Assembly: GCA_963719315.1 (NCBI GenBank)
Contig: CAVRBU010000003.1
Location: forward strand, 400,206-464,205
DNA: 64,000 nucleotides
Source: an uncultured Planctomycetota bacterium
GTDB lineage: Bacteria; Planctomycetota; Planctomycetia; Pirellulales; Lacipirellulaceae
Direction of reading: 5' to 3'
The notes under the pieces were generated by a model. The model saw only the letters and a program-made list of their open reading frames with translations, had not been told where the DNA came from and ran no database searches. Positions 42,437 to 52,525 of this stretch are shown here, piece by piece; position 1 is the first letter of the stretch, and each line of letters starts with the position of its first letter. The position numbers were made by a program, and so were the translations under genes.

Positions 42437-44680
42437 TCATGCGACGACCGGGACGGCCGGGCTATGTTGGCGGCGCTTTTCGGCCATTGAAGTGTCGATG
42501 GCCAGCGTCATGGTCGTACTCCAGCGGCCGTCGCTGCCGGCTTCGATCAGCCAGTGCGGATGCACGACCACCGATTGGTGTACCAACTCGAAGCCGGCCT
42601 CGGATTGGCTGACGGTTTCGATGGGAAACGTCCAGAGGTGCATCGGTTTGTCGCTCGAGAGTTCGACGTCGATGCCCAGCCATTCGTCGAACAGGGCCAA
42701 GTAATCGACCGACTTGAGATCGAGTCGAGCGCCGAGCTGGCCGAGCGAGTTGCGGTGGGCATCGTGGAAATAACGATCGTCGCAACCGCCGGGCAGACCC
42801 GCGAAATTGAATTCCACGCCGAAGTGAACCGGTTCGCCCGGCGGCAGGCCCTCCAACAAGTACGCGATCTCGAGCGTTTGCCCGCCCGCATCGAGCGTGA
42901 GACCCTTCGTGATCCGCACCTGCCGACCGGCCACATAGCCGTTTCGCGTCAGCTGCACCTGCATGCGGTTAGGATTGCGACGCAGGCGGGCTTCGAATGG
43001 AGCGGTAACGAAGTCGCCCAGTTCTTCGTATTGGCCGTTGGCGATTGATTCGGCAGCGACGTTGGCATCGTAGAAATGATCCACCAAACTCTTGCGGCGA
43101 TAGCGATCGAACTGCATTCGCTGATCGAGGTCTTTCTGCTTGAACACGACGCGATCGTGAATGCTGGCGACGTCGCTGTTTGCCTCGCGTTCGCCGGCGC
43201 GAATGGCATCGTGATAGGCCTCTTCGCGGCGGGTGAGTGTAGCAAGCAGATTGTGGCAGATGGCACGCACGTCGAGCTCGTAGAGGTGGCCGCCGTGTGA
43301 CGGGGCGATGAGCGCGATGAGGCGGTTGCTGGCCAGGCGGACCTCGGGGCGGGCATCGAAGTTGTAATCGTCGGTCGTGAGTTCGACCCACGTTTGGTCA
43401 TTTTCTCCGAGTCCGCGGCCCTCGGCCGCATCGAGCAGGTTGTCGGCCGATATCAGATGTTGGTAGACGGCGTTTCGGAGGTGGGGCAGATAGGCGCCGC
43501 CGAAGGCGCCGTGCCAATAGCTGCAGTTGCACTGACCGCGGTACAGCTCGGCGCGGGCTTGATCGAGGAGTGTTTCGATGCGAGACGATCGGCCGTTTGA
43601 CTGGTCGCTGAAGCGACCTGTCCGGAGTGGGCCGTTAGTGGGTGATTTGATGGCGTCGTGGAGGCGCTGGCTGACCATCTGCATGCGGGCGTACATTTCG
43701 TTGGTTTCGGGATACTTCACTTTGAAGTTCCGCCAGTAGCCGCCGCGAACAAACGGGGCCACTTCCGCCCAACGGCCCTCCTGTTCCCATTGGTGTTTGA
43801 ATTGATTGAATTCCTTCAGTTTTTCGGTGGGTAGCACCCACTCGGTCATTTCACGATAGCTGCCTTCAGGAATGTAAACCTTGCCGATCGGCGGCACCTG
43901 GTCGAGCGCTTCGGTCGGCGTGACGACGCTGAGCCAACTGCGATTCTCGACGAGCGCGTCCAGGAAGCGGCGCAACCAGCCGTGGTGATACACGTGTTCC
44001 TTGGTGCCGGGCCAACTCCCGAACTTTTCGCCGTCGTCGCCAAAAACGACGACCGCACCGGGCTGCCGTTCGGCGATCGGTCGCAAATAGGCGATCGTTT
44101 CTTCAGGCTCGCAGAATGGAATCGTGTACCGCAATCGCTCGCTGCCTGGAAATACGGTGAGCAGTTTGCCATCGTCTTCGGTAATGTAATAGCCGTGCAG
44201 TTCTTCTTCGCTGAGACCGGCATTTTTGAAGTGAAAGTCGTCCAAAACCGTATAGCGCACGCCGGCTCGCACAAGGTCGCTGGTGAGCGATTGCTCCCAA
44301 ACACGTTCCGGGATCCACATGCCGTTGATCGCCGTTGCAAACCGTTCGGACAGCCATTCGGAATATCGGATGATTTGTCCCACGCGGTCTCGCGGCGGAA
44401 TCATCGTCAGAATCGGCTCATAAAACGCGCCGCCCACGATTTCAATGCGGCCCGCGGCCACTAGGGCGGCGAGGCGATCGAGATACTCTGGGTGCCGTCC
44501 GGCCAGCCATTCCATGAGCGAACCGCTCGTATGGAGCGCCACGGGCAGACCGGAGTACTGTTCGAATACGTCGAGAAACGCGTTGTAGCTATCCTGGAAG
44601 GCGCCTTCGAATACACCATCGAAGTTGCCGATGGGCTGATGGTTGTGGAGAACAATGACCAGTCGCAGATTCGGGCTCAT
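42437..44680 (-). CDS. GH57 alpha-amylase/4-alpha-glucanotransferase
   Basis: HNHQP, GMWIPERVWE, GDDGEKFG and QCNCSYWHGAFGG. Confidence 0.92.
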   Translation of the reverse strand: MSPNLRLVIVLHNHQPIGNFDGVFEGAFQDSYNAFLDVFEQYSGLPVALHTSGSLMEWLAGRHPEYLDRLAALVAAGRIEIVGGAFYEPILTMIPPRDRVGQIIRYSEWLSERFATAINGMWIPERVWEQSLTSDLVRAGVRYTVLDDFHFKNAGLSEEELHGYYITEDDGKLLTVFPGSERLRYTIPFCEPEETIAYLRPIAERQPGAVVVFGDDGEKFGSWPGTKEHVYHHGWLRRFLDALVENRSWLSVVTPTEALDQVPPIGKVYIPEGSYREMTEWVLPTEKLKEFNQFKHQWEQEGRWAEVAPFVRGGYWRNFKVKYPETNEMYARMQMVSQRLHDAIKSPTNGPLRTGRFSDQSNGRSSRIETLLDQARAELYRGQCNCSYWHGAFGGAYLPHLRNAVYQHLISADNLLDAAEGRGLGENDQTWVELTTDDYNFDARPEVRLASNRLIALIAPSHGGHLYELDVRAICHNLLATLTRREEAYHDAIRAGEREANSDVASIHDRVVFKQKDLDQRMQFDRYRRKSLVDHFYDANVAAESIANGQYEELGDFVTAPFEARLRRNPNRMQVQLTRNGYVAGRQVRITKGLTLDAGGQTLEIAYLLEGLPPGEPVHFGVEFNFAGLPGGCDDRYFHDAHRNSLGQLGARLDLKSVDYLALFDEWLGIDVELSSDKPMHLWTFPIETVSQSEAGFELVHQSVVVHPHWLIEAGSDGRWSTTMTLAIDTSMAEKRRQHSPAVPVVA

Positions 44681-44885
44681 GAAACCATCCGTGTCCAGGA
44701 CAGGCCGCGCGGTCACACGTCGCGGCGTCGCTGGAATTCTCAGTCTTGTAGAATTCATCGATCCTACCGTAAGGCCGTGCGATGCGTCTATCGGACTTGG
44801 CGCGGTTATCGGCAGAATTGGGAAAACACGACGTTTCGCGTCGATACGCTAGTGAGGCAGACATTCTTTGTCTGCCGGAAGACAC

Positions 44886-44945
44886 GTAGCTGAATTCGCA
44901 AGAATTCAGATTCAGAGCGGCTGAATTCTTGCGAATTCAGCGACA
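44886..44945. repeat. GTAG REP doublet
   Basis: gtagctgaattcgcaagaattcag ... ctgaattcttgcgaattcagcgac. Confidence 0.85.
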
Positions 44946-44947
44946 CA

Positions 44948-46438
44948 CTAAGCGCCGGCAGTGTTCGTCGCGCGAGCCAACGTGCGAGTATAGAGCCGTT
45001 CGTACTCGCACGCGCTGCGGTTCCAGGACCAGTCCTGTCGCATGCCGGTGCGGACTATTTGTTCCCAGAGGGGGCGATTGGAAAAAGTCTGGCAAGCGCG
45101 GAGGAGCGTATCGGCCAGGGCAGTCGAGTCGTACGTATCGAAACTGAAACCATTCGCCGTGCCGGCCGCTAGCGTTTCATCGCTGAGGTTCGTGATCGAA
45201 TCGGCCAGGCCGCCGGTGGCATGCACGACCGGCACGGTGCCGTATTTCAAACTGTAAAGCTGGTTCAGGCCGCATGGTTCGTAGCGGCTCGGCATGAGGA
45301 AAATATCCGCCGCGGCCTCGATGCGATGCGCCAGTTCGTTGGCGAAGCCGACCCGAACCGCGACCTTTTCTGGGTGCTGCTCGGCCAAGCGGGCGAACAG
45401 CTCATGGTACTGCGACTCGCCCGTGCCCAGGATCACCCATTGGGCAGGCAAGTTTGCCGCCCAGTGCGGAATGAGCTGAGCCACCAGGTCGAAGCCTTTT
45501 TGGTCGGCAAACCGGCCGATCATCGCAATCAGCGGTTGATCGGCGATTTGCGGCAACCCCATCTCCCCCTGCAGCGCCGCTTTGCAGGCCCGTTTTCCTT
45601 CGGCGAAATTCTTGAGGCCGTATTGATTGCCGTTGAGGTAAGAATCCGTTTCAGGATTCCATTCGCGGTAGTCGACGCCGTTGATGATACCGAACAGGTC
45701 GTCGCGGCGGTATTGCAGCATGCCTTCTAATCCACAGCCCAGTGGCGCCCGCTGAATCTCTTCCGCATAGCGCGGGCTGACCGTGCTCAGCGTATCTGCA
45801 AATGCCAGCCCGGTCTTCAAGAAGCTGAGGTTACCGTAGAACTCCATCTGCCGCCAATTGAAATACTTCCAGTCGATGCCGGTAAGCTCCATGTCCCAGT
45901 GCCAGAAGTTGCCCTGGTAGGCGATGTTGTGAATCGTGAACAGGCTGCGGATCGAATCGTACGGCGGCACGCCGGCGAGTTCGGTCTTCAAATACGCGGG
46001 CACCAGGCCGGAGGTCCAATCGTGGCAATGCACGAGCTCCGTGTGGAGGTCGAGCAGTTGGATGGCCTCCAGCGCCGCGCGGCAGAAGAACACGAACCGT
46101 TCGCAATTGTCTTTGTAGTCGTGACCATTTTCGCGATAGAGCTCCGCCCGATCGTAATACCGCGGCTGATGAATCAGATAGACCGGCACTTTATCGCCCG
46201 GCAGGGTACTACGCAGGAAGGTGCCCGGAACCATCTTGCGGCCGATGGGAACTTCGAAATCGATTCCCGTGGGTTCGATTGTCCGGCCGCAGCTGAGGGC
46301 CTGGCGGAACGCGGGCAGGATGATGACCGGCTCGTGGCCAAGTCGCGCCAGCTCCTGAGGCAGGCTGCCGCAGACATCGCCCAAGCCGCCCGTTTTGCAA
46401 AATGGCACGGCTTCGGTCGTGGTGAAGAGGATTTTCAC
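44948..46438 (-). CDS. glgA: Glycogen synthase
   Basis: KTGGLGDV, HCHDW, TIHNIAYQG, QKGFDL and PSRYEPCGLNQLY. Confidence 0.96.
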   Translation of the reverse strand: MKILFTTTEAVPFCKTGGLGDVCGSLPQELARLGHEPVIILPAFRQALSCGRTIEPTGIDFEVPIGRKMVPGTFLRSTLPGDKVPVYLIHQPRYYDRAELYRENGHDYKDNCERFVFFCRAALEAIQLLDLHTELVHCHDWTSGLVPAYLKTELAGVPPYDSIRSLFTIHNIAYQGNFWHWDMELTGIDWKYFNWRQMEFYGNLSFLKTGLAFADTLSTVSPRYAEEIQRAPLGCGLEGMLQYRRDDLFGIINGVDYREWNPETDSYLNGNQYGLKNFAEGKRACKAALQGEMGLPQIADQPLIAMIGRFADQKGFDLVAQLIPHWAANLPAQWVILGTGESQYHELFARLAEQHPEKVAVRVGFANELAHRIEAAADIFLMPSRYEPCGLNQLYSLKYGTVPVVHATGGLADSITNLSDETLAAGTANGFSFDTYDSTALADTLLRACQTFSNRPLWEQIVRTGMRQDWSWNRSACEYERLYTRTLARATNTAGA

Positions 46439-46704
46439 AACTTGCTCTCGTCAATTGCGGATGATTCGAAGGCACTGCGACGATTCCGTCGTGAGCCTAG
46501 CATATCCGCTCAGATCGGCATAGTTTCGCGGCAGAATTGACGTAAACGCGCAGGTGCCGCGCATGTGATAGAGATGTCGTAGGCGGTATAGGATGCACCA
46601 CCGGCCCGTGACTTTTGTGCGCGGATCTCCGCCATTCGTTGTGAACGGGGCTCCGGACCCCGCACGGGCCCCGACCGAAGGTCTCCACGTCACGCTCGCA
46701 GCGC

Positions 46705-47497
46705 CTACTTTCCCCACAGAGGCCATAGCCGGCCGCCGCTGTTTTCAATGCGCGACAGTCGCGTGCGGTAAACCGCTTCGATTGCTTCGCGTGTGATGAT
46801 GTCGTGCGTGGGGCCGGTGGCATGGACGCGGCCGTCGTTGAGAATCAGTATGTTCTGGATGCCGGGGACGATTTCCTCGATGTGGTGCGTCACAAGGACA
46901 ACCGTGGGGGTTTCCGGCTGCACGAGTCGCTCGTTGAGCCACGCCAGAAACCGCTCGCGCACGCCTGGGTCCATACCAGCACACGGCTCATCGAGCACCA
47001 GCATCAGCGGCCCCGCCATGCGGGCACGGGCGATGAGCACCTGCTGCCGCTCGCCCTGCGAGAGCACGCCGAACGGCTTTTCGGTGAGATCCCGGCAGCC
47101 GAGACGTTCGAGCTCTGCCTCCGCGTCGGCGAAATCCGCATCGGTCGGTCCGAACTCCGGAAACCGCTTCAAGCCCAACTGCCCCAACCGGCCGCTGACG
47201 ACTGTTTCCAGCGCGGAATCGGTCGGCGGAATGTCGGCGATCATGCCCGACGAAATCCAACCGATGCTCCGCCGCAGCTCGATCAGATCAAGTCAATTCT
47301 TCGCCCAGCCGCAGGACGCGCCCGCTGGTGGGCCAGAGATAGCCGCACGCGATCTTCAGCAGCGTGGTTTTGCCGGAGCCGTTCGGCCCGAGTACGGCCC
47401 AGTGTTGGCCGGGATCGATTCGCCAGTTGATATCGGTAAGGATATCGAGGTCGCTTTGACGATAGCCGACCGCTTCGCAGGTAATGAGGTCGCACAC
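46705..47497 (-). CDS. ABC transporter ATP-binding protein (ModF-like), frameshift near 47290
   Basis: GPNGSGKTT in 47288-47497; LSQGE and LDEP in 46705-47244. Confidence 0.85.
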
Positions 47498-47506
47498 AAT
47501 TGCTGT

Positions 47507-48097
47507 CTAGCTATCTGGGTTATCCAACAAAGTTTGCAATCGCTCGGCCAACTCTCCTGCGAACCGCGTCGGCCAGGAATCATCGATCAACCCAACGCTA
47601 ATCATATCCAGCAGATGAACTCGATCTTTGAGCCGATACGAAGTGAGCTTCATGCGCACGAGCGGTTCAAGATCAACGACATGAAATGGACCAGCGGTGT
47701 CCACTTCGGTCACGTCCGGCGATGCCGCAACGTAGTCTGCCGAGACCTTTTCTCCTGCAAACACAATATGGATAGCGTCGCGAGCTTTCGCGCCGTCGCC
47801 ATCCAGAAACATGTCGACGCTTTTCACATGACGAAAGATGAAACCGGCGGCGGCGAGAGCGGTCTTTGTCCGTTCCAAATCATCTCGGCGTAAGAGAATG
47901 TCTACATCCTGCGTGTTACGCACGGCGGCTTCATCGACTCGCGACACCCAAGCCGCAACCGCGTTGCCGCCAGCGACTCCATACGGAATGCCGGCCCCTT
48001 CAAGTGCGGCGACTGCCCGATCCAGTCGTGCCCGGACCTTTTCCACGGCGCGGATCATCCTTTCCCAGGAAACGGGACCGTAATGAATGGAAGACAT
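47507..48097 (-). CDS. Nucleotidyltransferase-fold protein
   Basis: YGVAGGNAVAAW...RNTQDVDILL and MKLTSYRLKDRVHL. Confidence 0.75.
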   Translation of the reverse strand: MSSIHYGPVSWERMIRAVEKVRARLDRAVAALEGAGIPYGVAGGNAVAAWVSRVDEAAVRNTQDVDILLRRDDLERTKTALAAAGFIFRHVKSVDMFLDGDGAKARDAIHIVFAGEKVSADYVAASPDVTEVDTAGPFHVVDLEPLVRMKLTSYRLKDRVHLLDMISVGLIDDSWPTRFAGELAERLQTLLDNPDS

Positions 48098-48129
48098 GGC
48101 GGCCGAGATCGTCTAGGATTTGCCCCTCT

Positions 48130-48197
48130 CTAATTTACTACGTCCGCAATCGCCTCGCACAACGGCCCAACGATTGTTCCGGGATGCCCGCGACGTT
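48130..48197 (-). pseudogene. Orphan duplicate of the aspC 3' end
   Basis: 48146-48172 is identical to 48953-48979, and 48183-48197 to 48991-49005; retains its own stop. Confidence 0.9.
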
Positions 48198-48210
48198 AGT
48201 GTGATAGGCG

Positions 48211-48408
48211 TTAGCTCTTTGAGTCGCTGGAAACAGGCCGCGACTGGTCGCCCTGTTTCTTATTTTTCAACGACGTAATCAAACGGTCGCCGTGCTTGGC
48301 TTGCGACTGACGAATGAACTCGAAGAACTTTGACAAATCGTTATCACACTTTTCAAAAAGTTCCCGGCGCACTTTATGCACTTCCTCGACAATTGGGTCG
48401 TTTATCAT
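48211..48408 (-). CDS. Small putative antitoxin
   Basis: DPIVEEVHKVRRELF pattern, downstream of a PIN gene. Confidence 0.7.
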   Translation of the reverse strand: MINDPIVEEVHKVRRELFEKCDNDLSKFFEFIRQSQAKHGDRLITSLKNKKQGDQSRPVSSDSKS

Positions 48409-48413
48409 CGAAA

Positions 48414-48902
48414 TTACTCCTGTGGTTCACCCATCAATTCTTCTGGCGTACAAATGATCGGCATCCATAGGCCTAATCGTGCATTAACGGATCGCAGCTT
48501 CCGAGTAACGATCGCATTGGCCAAATGGGCACAATTCCAGGTAACAAGGTAATCCACTTCGTAGGCCACGGCGAATGCGACATGTGGCACGTCGTCCAGG
48601 GCGCTACCTACGAGGCCAAGCTCCATCACGTAGGTATTGGCCAATTCTTCGACATTCATGTCGGACACGAGAATTGGCAAATTCTTGACAATTTCGAGGC
48701 GTCGCGACGCAAGCTTTGAATCGCCTCTCGCTAGCTCTTCATACACGACGTCAGAAATCAATAATTCAAACCGGTCTACCGCTGTCTGCCACCAATCGTG
48801 GGTCGTTCGTTGATGACCGGCCACTACAATGTCGCGACTTGGTTCGGCGACAAGGTAACTCGGGATCGTCGTTTCGACATAGACCGATGGCTTATCTGCC
48901 AT
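48414..48902 (-). CDS. PIN-domain (VapC-like) toxin
   Basis: VYVETTIPSYL and DVPHVAFA...DYLVTWNCAHLAN...ICTPEEL. Confidence 0.85.
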   Translation of the reverse strand: MADKPSVYVETTIPSYLVAEPSRDIVVAGHQRTTHDWWQTAVDRFELLISDVVYEELARGDSKLASRRLEIVKNLPILVSDMNVEELANTYVMELGLVGSALDDVPHVAFAVAYEVDYLVTWNCAHLANAIVTRKLRSVNARLGLWMPIICTPEELMGEPQE

Positions 48903-48933
48903 TATACACTCCCGCGGATGCGTCGTATTCTTG

Positions 48934-50130
48934 CTATCCTTTTACCACCTCTGCAATCGCCTCGCACAACGGCCCAACGTTTTGCTCCGTGATGCCCGCG
49001 ACGTTGATGCGGCCGGAACCCACGATGTAAATCGAGTACTTTTGCTTGAGCGCTTCGACTTGCGGCGGCGTGAGGCCGGAGAACGAGAACATGCCGCGTT
49101 GGCGGGTGATGAACGAATAGTCGCCCGGCACGCCCTTGGCTTTGAGCGTTTTCATCAGCAGCTCGCGCATGCCGTTGATGCGGGCCCGCATTCCGGCCAC
49201 TTCCTGCGTCCACCGCTTGCGAAGCTCGGCGTCGTTCAGCACGGTGGTGACCAGCTCGGCGCCGTGGGCGGGCGGGTTCGAGTAGTTCGAGCGGATGCAG
49301 ACCTTCACCTGGCTCTGCACGGTGTCGGCAGCGGCTTTGTCCTTGGCGACGACCGTAAGCGCACCGACGCGCTCGCAATAAAGACCAAAGTTTTTTGAGA
49401 ATGAACTGCAGACAATGATCTCGGCGCCGGGGCGGCTGAATGCTCTTAGGCCGACCGCGTCTTCCTCGATACCTTCGGCGAAGCCTTGGTAGGCGAAGTC
49501 CAACAGCGGCAGCAGGCCACGTTCGTAGATGACTTCCGCCAGCCTAGTCCATTGGGCCGGCGTAGGGTCGATTCCGGTCGGGTTGTGGCAACAGCCGTGG
49601 AGCATAATAATGTCGCCGGCCGGTATCTTTTCGATGGCGGCGATCGCTTCGTCGAACTCCAGACTGTTCGTCTTGGCGTCGAAGTAGGGAAAGCTTTTCG
49701 TGGGCACACCGGCGGCGGCGAAAATCTGCGGATGGTTGGGCCACGTTGGCTGCGTGAGCCACAGCGTCGCCTTCGGCAGGTGCTGGTGAATGAAATCCGC
49801 CGCTACGCGGAGCGCCCCAGTGCCGCCGGGAGTATGCGATGTCGCGGCCCGGCCGGACGCTTCGACTTCATGCCCCTTGCCGAACATCAACTGCTGCACG
49901 GCAGCGGCGTAGACTGGCGAACCGGGAATCGGCAGGTACGACATCGATTTTTGCCGTTCCAGCACCAACTGGCCGGCCTTGTGCACCGAATCCAGGATCG
50001 GCGTTTTGCCGGTCGAGTCCTGGTAGACGCCGACGCTGAGGTTGATCTTTTTGGGGTTCGGATCCTCGCGAAAGGATTCGGTCAGACCAAGAATCGGGTC
50101 GCGCGGGGCGGGTTGAATGGCTTTGAACAT
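48934..50130 (-). CDS. aspC: Aspartate/aromatic amino acid aminotransferase
   Basis: DPILGL, HGCCHNPTG, DFAYQGF, SFSKNFGLY.ER and SGRINVAG. Confidence 0.93.
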   Translation of the reverse strand: MFKAIQPAPRDPILGLTESFREDPNPKKINLSVGVYQDSTGKTPILDSVHKAGQLVLERQKSMSYLPIPGSPVYAAAVQQLMFGKGHEVEASGRAATSHTPGGTGALRVAADFIHQHLPKATLWLTQPTWPNHPQIFAAAGVPTKSFPYFDAKTNSLEFDEAIAAIEKIPAGDIIMLHGCCHNPTGIDPTPAQWTRLAEVIYERGLLPLLDFAYQGFAEGIEEDAVGLRAFSRPGAEIIVCSSFSKNFGLYCERVGALTVVAKDKAAADTVQSQVKVCIRSNYSNPPAHGAELVTTVLNDAELRKRWTQEVAGMRARINGMRELLMKTLKAKGVPGDYSFITRQRGMFSFSGLTPPQVEALKQKYSIYIVGSGRINVAGITEQNVGPLCEAIAEVVKG

Positions 50131-50201
50131 CAAGTTTGGTTCCTGTAGTCAGAATATGCTTAGAGTCGTCGGGTGGTGTCCTAATTTGCCGCACAACAAA
50201 C

Positions 50202-50256
50202 TTGTAGCACGGACTTCAGTCCGTGATTCTTGTACGGACTGAAGTCCGTGCTACAA
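50202..50256. repeat. GTAG REP doublet
   Basis: ttgtagcacggacttcagtccgt ... acggactgaagtccgtgctacaa, perfect arms. Confidence 0.9.
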
Positions 50257-50440
50257 AGTTCCGGTCCGAACGGTGCCAAATTAGGACACCACCAATCGTC
50301 GGCGTAACTTGACGCCTTTACGATACCCGTGGGACAATCATAGATGCCGCTGAGTTCGGTTCCAAGTGGCCCCCCTTTCCGCCCGCTGCGGATGCATGCT
50401 TGAATCGCGGCCTTTCCCACCGCTTAATGCTCGCCCAAAT

Positions 50441-51646
50441 ATGTCCCCACCGCGCATTGGCATTTGGTTCATCGGGGCGCGAGGCGGCGTGGCGGCCACG
50501 GCAACGCTGGGCCTCCTGGCACTCCAGAAGCAACTCACCGACAGCGTCGGCCTCGTAAGCAAGTTGCCGATATTCGGCCACTTGGAGTTCGCTCCGTGGA
50601 AAGCCTTCGTGGTCGGCGGACATGAAATCCGCGAAGGGACGCTAGACGAGTCTCTGAATCGGCTCCTCACCGACAGTCGCGTGCTGGACGTCAAGGTCGT
50701 GGAAGCGTGCCGAGACGAATTGTCGGCAATCGATGCCCGGATTCGATCTGGCACACTGGCGAATTGCGGCGAGGCAATTGGCGGCCTGGCGGGGCCGTCG
50801 ATGGGGCAATTTGCAACCGAATCGGCTGCGGCGACGCTCGAACGTCTGAGGAGCGATCTACGCGATTTTCAGAAGCAAACGGCGGTTGAGCGCGTCGTAG
50901 TCGTATACCTGGCTTCCACGGAACCGTCCGACAACGGTCTGAAACTTCCGGACCGATGGGACGATCTGGAGAGGCAGCTTGCCGACGGCTCTTGCGACAG
51001 CTTACCGGCCAGTTCGTTGTACGCCATCGCGGCGCTCGATCTGGGAATGACTTTTGTCAATTTCACGCCCTCGCTCGGCTCATCTCCGGCGGCGATCCAG
51101 GAGTTGGCCCAATTGCGGGGCACGTGCCACGCGGGACAGGATGGAAAAACGGGCGAAACGCTGCTGAAAAGCGTCCTGGCGCCGATGTTCGCTGCCCGCA
51201 ACCTCGAAGTCATGAGCTGGGTGGGCCACAACATTTTCGGCAATTTGGATGGAGTCGTGCTCGACAACCCGGCGAACAAGGCGGCAAAGGTCAAGAACAA
51301 GGACCAGTTGCTCGGAAGCATTCTCGGTTACGAACCGCAGTCGCTGATCTCGATCGAATACATTCGCAGCCTGGGCGACTGGAAAACGGCTTGGGACCAT
51401 ATTCATTTTCGCGGATTTTTGGGAACGCCGATGACCTTGCAACTCACCTGGCAAGGGTGCGATTCGCTCCTCGCGGCGCCTCTCGTTTTGGACCTCGTCC
51501 GGTTCGCGGAGCTCTCGCGCCGGCACGGCGAAGTGGGCCTGCTCACGCATTTAGGAAGTTTTTTCAAACGCCCGCTGGGCCTCGCAGAACACGATTTTTC
51601 CCGGCAGTTTTTGCTGCTTCGCGAGTGGGCGGAGCGTCGAAAGTAG
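50441..51646 (+). CDS. ino1: Myo-inositol-1-phosphate synthase
   Basis: IGARGGVA, GQDGKTGETLLKSVL, NIFGNLDG and CDSLLAAPLVLDL. Confidence 0.92.
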   Translation: MSPPRIGIWFIGARGGVAATATLGLLALQKQLTDSVGLVSKLPIFGHLEFAPWKAFVVGGHEIREGTLDESLNRLLTDSRVLDVKVVEACRDELSAIDARIRSGTLANCGEAIGGLAGPSMGQFATESAAATLERLRSDLRDFQKQTAVERVVVVYLASTEPSDNGLKLPDRWDDLERQLADGSCDSLPASSLYAIAALDLGMTFVNFTPSLGSSPAAIQELAQLRGTCHAGQDGKTGETLLKSVLAPMFAARNLEVMSWVGHNIFGNLDGVVLDNPANKAAKVKNKDQLLGSILGYEPQSLISIEYIRSLGDWKTAWDHIHFRGFLGTPMTLQLTWQGCDSLLAAPLVLDLVRFAELSRRHGEVGLLTHLGSFFKRPLGLAEHDFSRQFLLLREWAERRK

Positions 51647-51671
51647 GCGCCGCGAGCCGAGGGGCACCTCC

Positions 51672-51734
51672 GATTTGGGATTGCGGATTTCGGATTGCGG
51701 ATTAACGAACGAATTGAACCCGCAATCCTAAATC
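51672..51734. repeat. Inverted heptamer repeats (gattgcg / cgcaatc) preceded by a GTAG REP at 51643
   Basis: gatttgggattgcggatttcggattgcggatt ... ccgcaatcctaaatc. Confidence 0.7.
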
Positions 51735-51967
51735 GGCTACTTCGCTTGACTCGCCGGACCTACTTTTTGCCGATTCGACTTGACGCGCTGGCCTAGAACT
51801 TGGTTCAATGCGCGCATGAATACATCGGCCGCCGAGTGGAATCTAACGATTCGCGTGCGGTGCTTATCAAAGTAACGTACTCTGAATGTCTCTCCCCGAC
51901 CGTCTGCGCCCTGGGGGATAGACCAACTGAAGTGATGCGGGCGCTACAACGGAAGGAGCCACTCATA

Positions 51968-52171
51968 ATGGCAAAGAAAAAGAAGGCAGCGAAGAAGGCC
52001 CCCAAGAAGTCGACCAAGAAGAAGGCGGCCGGCAAGAAGGCCGCCAAGAAGTCGCCGAAGAAGAAGGCAGCCGGCAAGAAGCGCACTGCCAAGAAGTCGA
52101 CCAAGAAGAAGGCAACCAAGCGGACAGTGACATCTCCGCTGATGCCCAGTGCGATGCCGACGACGCTGTAA
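51968..52171 (+). CDS. Lys/Ala-rich histone H1-like basic protein
   Basis: 26 Lys in 67 aa, no acidic residues; AAGGAG RBS; followed by a terminator. Confidence 0.8.
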   Translation: MAKKKKAAKKAPKKSTKKKAAGKKAAKKSPKKKAAGKKRTAKKSTKKKATKRTVTSPLMPSAMPTTL

Positions 52172-52226
52172 TGCGGCGAAACGGTCGGCTCATTCGCCGA
52201 CCACTGCGGCGTGAAACAACGACGAT

Positions 52227-52275
52227 AACCGGTTGGCCGGCGCTCTCGGGCGAGCGGCCAGCCGGTTTGTTTTTG
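52227..52275 (+). terminator. Rho-independent terminator
   Basis: aaccggttggccg ... cggccagccggtt then tgttttt. Confidence 0.75.
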
Positions 52276-52295
52276 GTTAGCCCTTTTTCTCAAAA

Positions 52296-52430
52296 GTAGG
52301 TCTCGCTTGCCGAGCGGGACCTTGGTGTTGTCACAAAGTTCGACGATTCGGTAAGGTCCCTTCCGGCAGAAGGGACCTACAAGAACTCTTGGGTCAAAGC
52401 TTGGTGTAGTCCTCTCACTCCGCGAGAGGA
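52296..52430. repeat. GTAG REP doublet plus single REP
   Basis: gtaggtctcgcttgccgagcgggacct ... aggtcccttccggcagaagggacctac; gtagtcctctcactccgcgagagga. Confidence 0.75.
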
Positions 52431-52525
52431 TTTCTGATCGGGGGTGCGAGCAGATTGCACGTCAGCAAACTAAGCAGACTCCGGTTCGACCTGATATAAT
52501 TGAAATGGTGTGAGAAAATCGGAGT

